NCBI GenBank assembly: GCA_913063225.1
Contig: CAJXYP010000019.1
Coordinates: 1,178 to 65,177 of the forward strand
Source: an uncultured Cellvibrionales bacterium
GTDB taxonomy: Bacteria; Pseudomonadota; Gammaproteobacteria; Pseudomonadales; GM7GCV1
Reading direction: 5' to 3'
DNA length: 64,000 bases
Shown in pieces: positions 1 through 8,150 of the stretch; position 1 is the first letter of the stretch; each line of letters starts with the position of its first letter. The position numbers and the translations under genes are program-made. The notes beneath the pieces are model-generated. The model ran no database searches. It saw nothing but the letters and a program-made list of their open reading frames with translations, and had not been told where the DNA came from.

Positions 1-2
1 AA

Positions 3-662
3 GATAGAGTAGAAATTAGGACAGACAAAGCAGCAGAAAGTACTGGAACAAAAGCAAAATTGGAAATGCCTGCGGAAGCCGTCGAAGTTCCGGGCGCAGA
101 TGTTGCCGAAGGTTCTGCGCCTTCAGTTCTCACTCAAGAGGAATCATCCGCCGTCTCGGAGTCGAGTTCTGAAGAGTCGATAGTTCCTGCCAAGATTGCT
201 TTGCCTCTAGCAGAGCCGCTTTACTTTCTTTGGCATCAGGTAGGCGAGTTACTCTTTCTGACAGCTGCTTCACAACAACAAAGTACTGAAGAAGCAAAAC
301 TTTTGGGTGCCATAATTGGTTCCTTGTCGAGATCGGAAAAACTGGAACGAGGCACTGGTAATTGGCCCTTGGTAGGATCAGAACCCACTAGTCAAAACGA
401 AGCCCAGGACTTTCTTGCAAGTTTTGTGGCAGGTCGCGGAGAGCTTTGTGGCTCGGCTATGACCCTAGTTCTTTTTGGGGAAGAGTCGAAAAATCAATTT
501 ACCGAAATCAAGGGTGATTTTGAGGACATTCTTGGATCCAAAATACCCTCTCAGAGTGAATTGAAGGAATATAGATTGGTGCCATCTCTAGCTGACATGC
601 TGAACAAGCCTTATATAAAATCCATCGCATGGCAAAGCCTTAGAGATCTGCGTACCTCCTAA
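3..662 (+). CDS. hypothetical Ser/Glu-rich protein, probably the 3' part of a gene that starts left of the window; possible HolD (Pol III psi)-like by position only
   Basis: The frame is open from nt 3 to the listed TTG at 60 with no stop, so the 200-aa ORF is likely a fragment. No recognisable motif. It lies 23 nt upstream of rimI, where holD sits in many gammaproteobacteria (synteny argument only). Confidence 0.5.
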   Translation, partial: DRVEIRTDKAAESTGTKAKLEMPAEAVEVPGADVAEGSAPSVLTQEESSAVSESSSEESIVPAKIALPLAEPLYFLWHQVGELLFLTAASQQQSTEEAKLLGAIIGSLSRSEKLERGTGNWPLVGSEPTSQNEAQDFLASFVAGRGELCGSAMTLVLFGEESKNQFTEIKGDFEDILGSKIPSQSELKEYRLVPSLADMLNKPYIKSIAWQSLRDLRTS

Positions 663-685
663 TCCCGAATGTCTAATTTCAATTT

Positions 686-1180
686 GTGACTCAAGTGACA
701 GAGAAAGCCGAAGCATCCGAATCAATTAAATTGTCTCCTATGCGGGAAGTACATTTGTCTCAGATTGCAGAGATGCATCGGCAGATTAACCCATCGCCCT
801 GGTCTTTGGATCAATGGAATACCTGCTGTGAAGCGCCGCTATACTCGAACTGGATCCTAGAAGATAAAGATTTGGATGTGGGGGAGCAGGTAGTTGGCTT
901 TTCCTGCTCTATATGTTCTGGACCCGAAGCCGAGCTGCTCAATATCGGCGTCGCCCAGGGTAAACAAGGTAAGGGCCTTGGCGAAGGTTTACTTCGCTCT
1001 AGCCTTTTATTGCTTCCTGAGACTGCCGAGCATTGTTTTTTGGAAGTGCGACGATCAAACATTCCGGCTATAAACCTCTACGAAAAACTGGGTTTCGAAT
1101 CTATTGCGGAGCGCAAAGACTATTATCGACATAGCAGCGGTGTCGTTGAAGATGCATTGATTTTTCGAAAAACGTTGTAA
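686..1180 (+). CDS. rimI: ribosomal-protein-alanine N-acetyltransferase (GNAT family)
   Basis: GNAT acetyl-CoA loop QGKGLGEGLL and LEVRRSNIPAINLYEKLGF. The length of about 160 aa is typical of RimI. Confidence 0.85.
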   Translation: MTQVTEKAEASESIKLSPMREVHLSQIAEMHRQINPSPWSLDQWNTCCEAPLYSNWILEDKDLDVGEQVVGFSCSICSGPEAELLNIGVAQGKQGKGLGEGLLRSSLLLLPETAEHCFLEVRRSNIPAINLYEKLGFESIAERKDYYRHSSGVVEDALIFRKTL

Positions 1181-1301
1181 CAACACTTCCACTTCTCCTC
1201 AAATGGAATTCGATCAAGATTGACACCGGTCAATGCTATTCTCTGACTTAATTGGTAGATTAAGTCTCAATTCAAAATTCTATTTTGGTCGAGGTTTGTT
1301 T

Positions 1302-1785
1302 ATGCAAAAAATATTAGTGGTTCCTGTTGATGGATCTGAGCAATCGAAAAAATCACTAGATTTTGCCGCGGATTTGGCGGTTCATTATCGAGCGCAATTG
1401 AAGCTGATATATATCGCGCAGCCATATTATGTCGAAGATATATTTGCCATGAGCACTATTCCTGTGCCGATTGATATTCAGGATATGGGATTGGAAAAAT
1501 ATGGTGGCAAAGGCAAAGGCAAAGGCAAAGGCAAAGGCAAAGGCAAAGGCAAAGGCAAAGGCAAAGGCAAAGGCCATTGCCGTTGAAGCGGGGGTAAATG
1601 ACTTTAGTGACAAAATCCTCAAGGGAGACCCCGTCAGAGCAATTCTTGATTATGCCGAGGAAGTTGACGCGGATATGATAGTAATTGGTACGCGCGGGAT
1701 GGGTGACTTCTCCAGTTTGATGCTTGGAAGCGTATCTCACAAAGTCGCTCACGACGCCAAGTGCACCTGTATTACCGTTAAATGA
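1302..1785 (+). pseudogene. universal stress protein (UspA family) split over two frames, with an internal (GGCAAA)11 repeat
   Basis: The N-half MQKILVVPVDGSEQSKKSLDFA... is in the frame of 1302. The C-half ...DADMIVIGTRGMGDFSSLMLGSVSHKVAHDAKCTCITVK is in the frame of 1471. Both are classic Usp segments. Deleting one A from the A5 run 1495-1499 fuses them into a 160-aa protein carrying an (AK)11 segment. Confidence 0.7.
1506..1571. repeat. perfect hexanucleotide tandem repeat (GGCAAA) x 11
   Basis: Counted directly: 11 identical units, then GGCC. It reads (GK)n in the upstream frame, (AK)n in the downstream Usp frame, and (FA)n or (LC)n on the opposite strand. Confidence 0.97.
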
Positions 1786-1860
1786 TCTGGCAGAAATTGG
1801 CTTAAATAGGGCTAAAAACGCCATATATTAGTGTGCTAGGGGGATATCTGCGGGAAAGTG

Positions 1861-1888
1861 TTGACGGCGGAATGCATCCTTGTATAGT
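1861..1888 (+). promoter_or_regulatory. candidate sigma70 promoter of the cold-shock gene
   Basis: TTGACG, a 16-nt spacer, then TATAGT. This leaves a leader of about 120 nt before the ATG at 2015, and long leaders are typical of cspA-type genes. Confidence 0.4.
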
Positions 1889-2014
1889 CATAAGTGCCAG
1901 AAAATCGGCTTTACCTGAGTTCAGTGTTTCGAAGTTTCATGTACTACCTCGTCCTGTAATTCTTACGTTACACCAATTTTCAGCATTACCTTAAATTACA
2001 GACAGGACAGTACT

Positions 2015-2224
2015 ATGTCAGACAAAGTTACAGGAACTGTGAAGTTCTTCAACGAATCAAAGGGCTTCGGCTTTATTTCACAAGAGAATGGAGATGACGT
2101 TTTTGTTCACTTCTCAAGCATTCTTGGCGACGGGTTTAAAACTCTTGCTGAAGGCCAAAAAGTAGAATTTACCGTTGGTCAGGGCAAAAAAGGCCCACAA
2201 GCGGAAAACGTAATTGGTCTCTAA
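2015..2224 (+). CDS. cold-shock protein, CspA family
   Basis: 69 aa with RNP1 KGFGFI and RNP2 VFVHF motifs. Confidence 0.95.
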   Translation: MSDKVTGTVKFFNESKGFGFISQENGDDVFVHFSSILGDGFKTLAEGQKVEFTVGQGKKGPQAENVIGL

Positions 2225-2240
2225 TTTTTAGAGATCGAAT

Positions 2241-2277
2241 AAAAAAAGGCCGATGCGAATGCACCGGCCTTTTTTTA
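2241..2277. terminator. bidirectional rho-independent terminator
   Basis: AAAAAAAGGCCG ... CGGCCTTTTTTT: a GC stem flanked by an A-run and a T-run, between convergent genes. Confidence 0.8.
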
Positions 2278-2300
2278 TGCCTATAGAAAATGAAGTTCGG

Positions 2301-2594
2301 TTATGAGACTTCTATCTCCAGTTTCTTCAGTAGCCCATGACGGTCTAGTCTGTCTTTAACCAAAATTTCTTTTTCAACCTTAGTAAGTTGCTTTAGCCGG
2401 TACTCCGCTCTCGAAGCAATAGATCGGTCTCCAAGCGCGCATTGATAAACCAAGGTTAGGTCTCCTTGCGCCCTAAGGAATTTCGAGCCACGTCCGAGGC
2501 AATGTGCTTCAAAGCGTTTTTCGACGTTATTGCTTATGCCGGTATAGAGTGCGCCAGATTCAGTTCTGACCATATAGACATACCAATCAGACAT
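2301..2594 (-). CDS. GIY-YIG nuclease family protein (UPF0213-like)
   Basis: WYVYMVRTESGALYTGISNNVEKRFEAH matches the GIY-YIG motif spacing; 97 aa. Confidence 0.85.
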   Translation of the reverse strand: MSDWYVYMVRTESGALYTGISNNVEKRFEAHCLGRGSKFLRAQGDLTLVYQCALGDRSIASRAEYRLKQLTKVEKEILVKDRLDRHGLLKKLEIEVS

Positions 2595-2628
2595 GTCTAA
2601 TGGCCAGATTCTATCTCGCGCTTCGGGC

Positions 2629-2907
2629 TTATGTGCGGCTGGTTACTTCCAGAAGATGGTAACCAAACTGAGTTTTCACTGGGCCCTGAACCTGATTCAA
2701 GTCAGCGGAAAAAACCACCTCATCAAACTCACGAACCATCTGGCCTGGGCCAAACTCACCCAAGTCACCACCATTTTTGCCGGATGGGCAGCTAGAGTGC
2801 TGTTTTGCAATGTCGGCAAAATCCGCGCCTTGTTCGATTTGCATTTTTAGGTCGAGGCATTTTGCTTCGTCATTTACTAGGATGTGTCGTGCTGATGCTT
2901 TGCTCAT
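2629..2907 (-). CDS. ppiC: peptidyl-prolyl cis-trans isomerase C (parvulin)
   Basis: 92 aa; ARHILV..., CPSGKNGGDLGEFGPGQMVREFD and GYHLLEV are parvulin hallmarks. Confidence 0.9.
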   Translation of the reverse strand: MSKASARHILVNDEAKCLDLKMQIEQGADFADIAKQHSSCPSGKNGGDLGEFGPGQMVREFDEVVFSADLNQVQGPVKTQFGYHLLEVTSRT

Positions 2908-2997
2908 AAGGGTTTCTTGTAGATTTAGTTGATGTGGGATTGTAACAATTCCTAAAGACCTAATGCCACCTGCACTCTTACCGCGGGATTGGCGTCG

Positions 2998-3315
2998 TCA
3001 CCCGGGTCGTGAAACAGGCCAGATGCGATGCTTACTGAAACCGCTGATCGTCGTTCCACGCAGACGGCTGAGGCCTGTGCCTTCTATGGCATCTAGCCCA
3101 TGATAGGCAGACAGTATGCTTGCCGGTTTTTTTGCTCCTTGGTATGCATCATTAGCTGACATTTCAGGATATTGGGATATTGGGATTTCTGTCGCACAGC
3201 CGGATGCAAAAGCTAGAGTTAGCGTAAAGGCTACCCAGATTGGGAGTTTTTATTTGGTTGTGATAGGCCTCGAAAATGTCTGTTTTCTGCTTTCTATGTA
3301 AGTAAGATATTTCAT
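2998..3315 (-). pseudogene. lipoprotein-like ORF with an in-frame TAA between the ATG and the signal peptide (or a non-canonical start)
   Basis: My codon-by-codon minus-strand translation gives MKYLTYIESRKQTFSRPITTK*KLPIWVAFTLTLAFASGCATE...RPG*. The lipobox is LAFASGC. The stop is at 3250-3252. There is no ATG, GTG or TTG between that stop and the lipobox. Confidence 0.3.
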
Positions 3316-3368
3316 AGGGCAATCCTCGTACCATCGGTTACAAATTACAGCTTGGTGAGCTTACGGAT

Positions 3369-4010
3369 TTAGATTCTTGAGGTAGTTTCCGTCATCAAAA
3401 CAGAAATTTTTGTCATAACTTTTTTAACGGTGGGAGGAAACTCAATACCACCGGCTTGCAGAGCCGCGGCCTGATGTTCTGCTTCGTCCTCTCTCATTTG
3501 CTCGACGATAGCGCGGCTTTTTTTATCGGCTTCAGGTAGCCGGCCCATGTGGCTGTCTAAATGGCTGCATACCTGATCTTCAGTTGCGGCTACAAAGCCA
3601 AGTGATATACGGTCAGATACGGCTCCGGCGATAGCTCCGATCACGAACGATCCCGCATAAAACAAAGGGTTTAGGTAGCTGGTATGGCTTTGCAGCTGAT
3701 CCAAGCGCTCATCGCACCAATTCAGGTGATCAATTTCTTCTTGGGCAGCAGTTTCCATTTCTTCGCGAATTTCCGGAAGCTTTGCAGTCAGTGCTTGACC
3801 TTGATACAGGGCCTGTGCGCATACCTCGCCCGTGTGATTAACGCGCATTAGACTGGCGGAAAGCTTTCTTTCGCTATCGCTAAGATGCGGTTCATCAAGA
3901 GAATTGGCGGGTGATTGTCGCGAGCCCTTAGGGCGTGCAAATAGTGTGAGAAGTGCGTTATCAGCGCATTCTATTAGCTGATCCAGGCCGCTGTAGTTTC
4001 TGTTGCTCAT
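3369..4010 (-). CDS. coq7: demethoxyubiquinone hydroxylase (di-iron carboxylate, Coq7 family)
   Basis: [17 protein letters not shown] and the repeated E...EEIDHL / EDEAEH di-iron motifs; 213 aa. Confidence 0.9.
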   Translation of the reverse strand: MSNRNYSGLDQLIECADNALLTLFARPKGSRQSPANSLDEPHLSDSERKLSASLMRVNHTGEVCAQALYQGQALTAKLPEIREEMETAAQEEIDHLNWCDERLDQLQSHTSYLNPLFYAGSFVIGAIAGAVSDRISLGFVAATEDQVCSHLDSHMGRLPEADKKSRAIVEQMREDEAEHQAAALQAGGIEFPPTVKKVMTKISVLMTETTSRI

Positions 4011-4033
4011 AACGTTATTCTAACAGCTCTCGC

Positions 4034-4840
4034 CTAGTTGGCATTATCAAAAAGTGACAGACGAGCGGCTTCCAGCCAAAGTTTTTCTAGAGAGACCACA
4101 ATGGTTTCTGCGCTTCGAACCTGATCAATCGAGCATTTGTGCCTTGGGTAGTGGCTCAAAAGTAAATCAAGATATTTATCTGAAAGCTCTAAGTGTTTTG
4201 AGAGCGAGGCCAAATCAAAGAGGGGGTGCGCCACGCGGGCATATTCCCAATCGATAAAGGTGCAGTGAGTGCCATCCCACAGAATGTTTCCGGGATTTAG
4301 ATCGTGGTGACAGAAACGAATTTCGTCGCTTTGATCCCATCTGTCGGTCTGTTTAAAGAGTGCATCGAGGTCGATATCATTTGCCCTGATCCAGTCAGAA
4401 TCTTCGCCAACAATACTCAGATAATTTTCGATAGTTAAACGGTAGCTAACTTGTGCTACCGGAGGTTCTATACAGTGCAGAAGAGACAGCCTGTAGGCAA
4501 TTTCTCTGAGTAAAGGCGTAGTTAGCTTTATGCGGCTTAGAGGGTCGCCGCACCAAGGATAAATTGCCGCGAGTGAACCCTCATCAACAAATAGCGGCAT
4601 AGGAGCGAGTCCAGCATTGGCTGCAATTTGGTTGGCCTCAAGCTCTGATCTCCAGGTGCTTAGAAACTCTTCGGGTAGATCACGACCTAGCCGCGCCAGA
4701 TATTGGGCTTCGCCGCAGTACAGTACCCAGCATTCATTTACCGTGCCCCAATCTATGCGAGAGCCTATCGACAATTCCCGATCTGCAAAAAAGCCAGATT
4801 GTTGACTTTTTTCAATTAGTTTATTGATCCGTTGTTTCAT
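4034..4840 (-). CDS. APH/choline-kinase-family phosphotransferase, thiamine kinase (ThiK)-like by context
   Basis: Brenner motif HHDLNPGNILW and IDWEY. I placed the start at the internal ATG (MKQRINK), which overlaps the pnuC-family stop by 20 nt. It is the last gene of the TPP-riboswitch operon. Confidence 0.7.
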   Translation of the reverse strand: MKQRINKLIEKSQQSGFFADRELSIGSRIDWGTVNECWVLYCGEAQYLARLGRDLPEEFLSTWRSELEANQIAANAGLAPMPLFVDEGSLAAIYPWCGDPLSRIKLTTPLLREIAYRLSLLHCIEPPVAQVSYRLTIENYLSIVGEDSDWIRANDIDLDALFKQTDRWDQSDEIRFCHHDLNPGNILWDGTHCTFIDWEYARVAHPLFDLASLSKHLELSDKYLDLLLSHYPRHKCSIDQVRSAETIVVSLEKLWLEAARLSLFDNAN

Positions 4841-5414
4841 TAAATATGCGTTTCCAGCTGTACCAACCATAAATTGCGACCACAATATAGCCGAAAAACA
4901 GTGCGCTGGTTAAGTATAGCTCTCTGTCAATGTAGAGATATACGGAAACTGCGTCAATAACCACCCAATATAGCCAGTTTTCAAGGACCTTACGCGTCAC
5001 CATGTAGGTAGCTATTACGGCGGCCCAAGTCGTCAGAGAGTCAAGAAAGGGCAGAGCGGCTTGGGTATAGCGACTTAACAGAATTCCGGAACTGATCGCC
5101 AAGATGACTATCAGCGAGACGCTAATCAAATGCTGTTTAAGGCCCCAGGAGTGAATCTTCTGCGGGCTGTGATCTTTTGACCCTTTGGTCCATTGCCTCC
5201 AGCCGTATACCGCCATAAATAGGTAGTAAACGTTCAGGGCCGATTCCATCAGTAGGCTTACATCCCAGAATAGCCAAGAAAATATTGCAGTAGAAAGTAG
5301 AGCCGCGGGCCAGCACCAAATGTTCTCGCGGGCAGCAAGCACCACATAGGCAATGCCGAAAACCACAGCAATAGCTTCCCAGGGGCGTGCAAGTATCAGG
5401 TCGACGAGTAGCAT
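4821..5414 (-). CDS. pnuC: PnuC-family vitamin transporter (PnuT-type thiamine transporter by context)
   Basis: 197 aa, multi-TM, with conserved Trp-rich PnuC segments (WCWPAALLS, YGWRQW, YGWYSWKR). Confidence 0.8.
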   Translation of the reverse strand: MLLVDLILARPWEAIAVVFGIAYVVLAARENIWCWPAALLSTAIFSWLFWDVSLLMESALNVYYLFMAVYGWRQWTKGSKDHSPQKIHSWGLKQHLISVSLIVILAISSGILLSRYTQAALPFLDSLTTWAAVIATYMVTRKVLENWLYWVVIDAVSVYLYIDRELYLTSALFFGYIVVAIYGWYSWKRIFNETTDQ

Positions 5415-5427
5415 GGGGGCTTCTATT

Positions 5428-5691
5428 TTAATCGTTTAAAACTGAGTGCTCTCGATCCAGATTAAGGAACTTGGTTACCAAAGACATCGGCACGCCAGAT
5501 TCGAAAGGTATTTTTAAACACTCAGTGATGGACGACATCACTAGGTCGTATTCGCCGTGAATCTGGGTGCTCATGGTATTGGTTTTTAGGCTCAAACCTT
5601 CAATTTTCTTAAGCGCATTTATAAAGCCAAGTATTTCGTCCACATATTCACTTTGCAGAGGATACAGGCTCATTTCTACAGATATTCGCAT
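5428..5691 (-). CDS. MTH1187/YkoF-family thiamine/HMP-binding protein
   Basis: 87 aa; the MRISVEMSLYPL... ferredoxin-like fold signature of the YkoF/DUF77 family. It lies within the TPP-riboswitch operon. Confidence 0.7.
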   Translation of the reverse strand: MRISVEMSLYPLQSEYVDEILGFINALKKIEGLSLKTNTMSTQIHGEYDLVMSSITECLKIPFESGVPMSLVTKFLNLDREHSVLND

Positions 5692-5749
5692 ATTATGTTC
5701 CTCGGTTATGGGTAAAAGCCGGAACCTGGGTTCCGGCTTTCAAAAAGAC

Positions 5750-7909
5750 TTATAGACGATATTGGATACTTAGACCAATTTCTCTTGGCTCACCAAATTG
5801 AAAATAGTTATTTGTTGCATAGCCATCTCTAGGATCATTTCCAAAAGAACCGAAGCCTCGAGTTGTATAGTCCTCGTTGGTTAGATTGCGGCCCCACAAT
5901 GACACTTCGATGTCGTCGCTGGCGTTCCATATCATGCGAGCACTAAGGAGACTGTAGGCTTCAGCTTCAGCAAAATGTCGATTGGAGAAACGGAACTGAT
6001 CCTTAGAGTCCACAGAAAGCCAGAAACCTAAATTGTCAGAGAACGAATAATCCAGGCTTAAGCTGAGTTGATACTCTGGCGACTGAGCCAAAGGTTCTCC
6101 TGACATATCGTAAGGCACAACGGATCCGCCAATATCGACAGCATTGATGTGGCTAAAGCTGTCATATGTGCCAAAAGCAGTTCGCATTAGCCCCAAGCTA
6201 GTATTGACACTGAATCGATCAGTTACAGGCCAATATGCTTCTGCCTCCATTCCGTAGCTGTGTGCCTCTGCGGCGTTATCTACAAAGTCTTCAAAGGAGC
6301 ATGCGCCAACACCGATCGGGCAGCTTACAAGAGACTGCTTTACTTGAGCGTCGCGGCGATCCTGATAGAAGACAGAGATCTGACTGACTACCCCGGAGTC
6401 CAAAGTGCTCTTAAGGCCGAATTCATAGTTCCAAAGGGTTTCTGTTTCATATTCCAGAGGAATAACCGCGCCACGAGAAACGTTCACACCGCCAGTTTTA
6501 TAACCGCGAGCAATACGAATATAGGTGAAATATTTGTTGAGTATTTTTACTTCGTAGGTGAGATGCCCGCCCAGCAGGGTCTCGTCCGTATCAGTAGATT
6601 GGGCGAGGCTGTCACCATATTCAGAGCTGAAGTTTTCCGCTCTTAGGCCTAAGCGAATTTGTGTGGCAGTGGTGGCCGTAGGTAGCGTTATTTCTCCATA
6701 AACCGCAGTATTTTGCGACTCATATTCGCTTGAAAAAGAGGTCGTAGATTCGGGCGTAAAGGGGTCTGAATATTTGTAGTTTCGGGTGAGGTCGGCATTC
6801 TGGCTTTTTCCGTACAATCCTAAAATCCAACCAATGCCATTGGGTGGCACCTCTGAGATTAATCTCAGGTCCAAGGTATTCGTATCGGTATCGCGCAGGT
6901 ATTTATCGAAACTTGAGTACCAATAGCAATCCGACGGATCAGCGCCACCACATAAATCTAAATTGGCCCAGTCTTCGTCAAAACTATATTCTGAGTCAGA
7001 TTGAGCTGTGGAAAGTAGGACATCCAGATCGAGCGTGCTGGTTAATTCCAGAGATGCATCGCTCGAGAGCGCAAAAGAATCTAAGGCATCAGTGCCGGGT
7101 TCATCTGAAATTGTTTCGCGCAGGTTGTCGAGTGTGAAGCTGTCATAACCGTTGTCGATATCCAGTTTTATTGCAGTAAAGCTAACGTCTAAGACATCAG
7201 AAACTTCCCAATCAAGCTTTCCTCGAACCGTTAGTTCATCTATATTTTGAGTATCATCACGGCTCAAATAAACGTTCTCAACAAAACCATCGCTTTTGGT
7301 ATTTTGGATAGCCAGTCTTCCATTGAACGAATCCGCCAATGGACCACTTAATACTAGGCCAAGATTTGAACTGTCGGTGGTACCCTCATTTCCAGATATA
7401 TCACCAATGCCGGCTGTAAGTATTACTTCCGGACTATTCGATGGGTCATTGGACTCAATGTTGATCATACCCGCCAATGCATTAGCTCCGAAAAGGGTTC
7501 CCTGTGGGCCACGTAAAATCTCCACCTGATCGATATCAAACAAAGTGGCTGCAGCTCCTAAAGTGCTGTAGTCGATACCATCGATGATCAAGCCAACTCC
7601 CGGATTGAGTGGGTCAATAAATTGGCTGCGTTCTCCAATACCGCGGATTTGAAAAAATCGGCCGCGCGATGCGCCTGAGGAATAGTTTAGATTTGGTGTG
7701 CTAGCCAAAGCTTCAGTGAGGAAGTTGGCGCTGCGGTTGGAGATCTCATCAGCAGATATAAGGCTAATGCTGTTTGGGGTTTCCATCAGATTGATGGGGC
7801 GAAACTCTGCCTGAATAATAATGTCTTCGATATAGACTTGTGCGGGAAGGTAGGTGCTAAAGCCTATTAAGCTTAAACAGCCAATTTTTGCGGTGTTTGA
7901 TAAGTTCAT
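5750..7909 (-). CDS. TonB-dependent outer-membrane receptor
   Basis: Signal peptide, plug-domain motifs (FFQIRGIGERSQF, VEILRGPQGTLFGANA) and a long beta-barrel; 719 aa. First gene after the TPP riboswitch. Confidence 0.9.
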   Translation of the reverse strand: MNLSNTAKIGCLSLIGFSTYLPAQVYIEDIIIQAEFRPINLMETPNSISLISADEISNRSANFLTEALASTPNLNYSSGASRGRFFQIRGIGERSQFIDPLNPGVGLIIDGIDYSTLGAAATLFDIDQVEILRGPQGTLFGANALAGMINIESNDPSNSPEVILTAGIGDISGNEGTTDSSNLGLVLSGPLADSFNGRLAIQNTKSDGFVENVYLSRDDTQNIDELTVRGKLDWEVSDVLDVSFTAIKLDIDNGYDSFTLDNLRETISDEPGTDALDSFALSSDASLELTSTLDLDVLLSTAQSDSEYSFDEDWANLDLCGGADPSDCYWYSSFDKYLRDTDTNTLDLRLISEVPPNGIGWILGLYGKSQNADLTRNYKYSDPFTPESTTSFSSEYESQNTAVYGEITLPTATTATQIRLGLRAENFSSEYGDSLAQSTDTDETLLGGHLTYEVKILNKYFTYIRIARGYKTGGVNVSRGAVIPLEYETETLWNYEFGLKSTLDSGVVSQISVFYQDRRDAQVKQSLVSCPIGVGACSFEDFVDNAAEAHSYGMEAEAYWPVTDRFSVNTSLGLMRTAFGTYDSFSHINAVDIGGSVVPYDMSGEPLAQSPEYQLSLSLDYSFSDNLGFWLSVDSKDQFRFSNRHFAEAEAYSLLSARMIWNASDDIEVSLWGRNLTNEDYTTRGFGSFGNDPRDGYATNNYFQFGEPREIGLSIQYRL

Positions 7910-8009
7910 GTTGGTTCCTTTTATTCAATTAAGAACATTTTCAAAAGAACCGGTTGCAGTGCTATAGGGGGTAAAGGACGAGCTGGTCAGATATTCGCAG
8001 CTTGATATT

Positions 8010-8106
8010 CCTATTCCTACGCCGGTGCTAACCGGATCAGGTTCAAAGGGTTTATCAGCTCTGCTGAATTCTCAGGCTTCGATATTGTCGAAGCCACCCC
8101 TCAGGA
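8010..8106 (-). promoter_or_regulatory. TPP (THI-box) riboswitch
   Basis: The minus strand reads GGGGUGGC..CUGAGA..ACCCUUUGAACCUGAUCCGGUUAGCACCGGCGUAGGAA, matching the conserved THI-box core. Downstream, GGTTCTTTT can pair with AAAAGGAACC across the Shine-Dalgarno of the receptor gene. Confidence 0.9.
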
Positions 8107-8150
8107 TTGTCTTCCAAAACTGCGACTGACAGTGGAAGATGCGGGGGATT

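Noticed and set aside
811-1062. Antisense or alternative-frame ORFs nested inside well-supported genes. Examples: 811-1062, 4054-4257, 6260-6646, 8107-8397, 8740-9030, 9929-10159, 10468-10809, 14209-14508, 15739-16197, 17993-18292, 19719-20036, 21592-21930, 22773-23117, 44860-45270, 46568-46987, 59625-60018.
   Set aside because: Each lies wholly within, and opposite to or out of frame with, a longer ORF that carries clear family motifs. Their translations are low-complexity (Arg/Ser/Pro-rich) and no initiation signals are visible.
1356-1824. Minus-strand ORFs 1356-1622 and 1456-1824 containing (FA)n and (LC)n runs.
   Set aside because: They are by-products of reading the GGCAAA repeat on the opposite strand and are antisense to recognisable Usp sequence.
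2940-3135. A possible plus-strand small RNA ending in GCTTGCCGGTTTTTTT.
   Set aside because: The stem is weak, there is no promoter and no match to any RNA family I can recall. The region is alternatively explained by the minus-strand lipoprotein-like frame.
3116-3301. Plus-strand 61-aa ORF.
   Set aside because: It has no motif and no Shine-Dalgarno. It is antisense to the frame that contains a lipobox, so I treated it as spurious.
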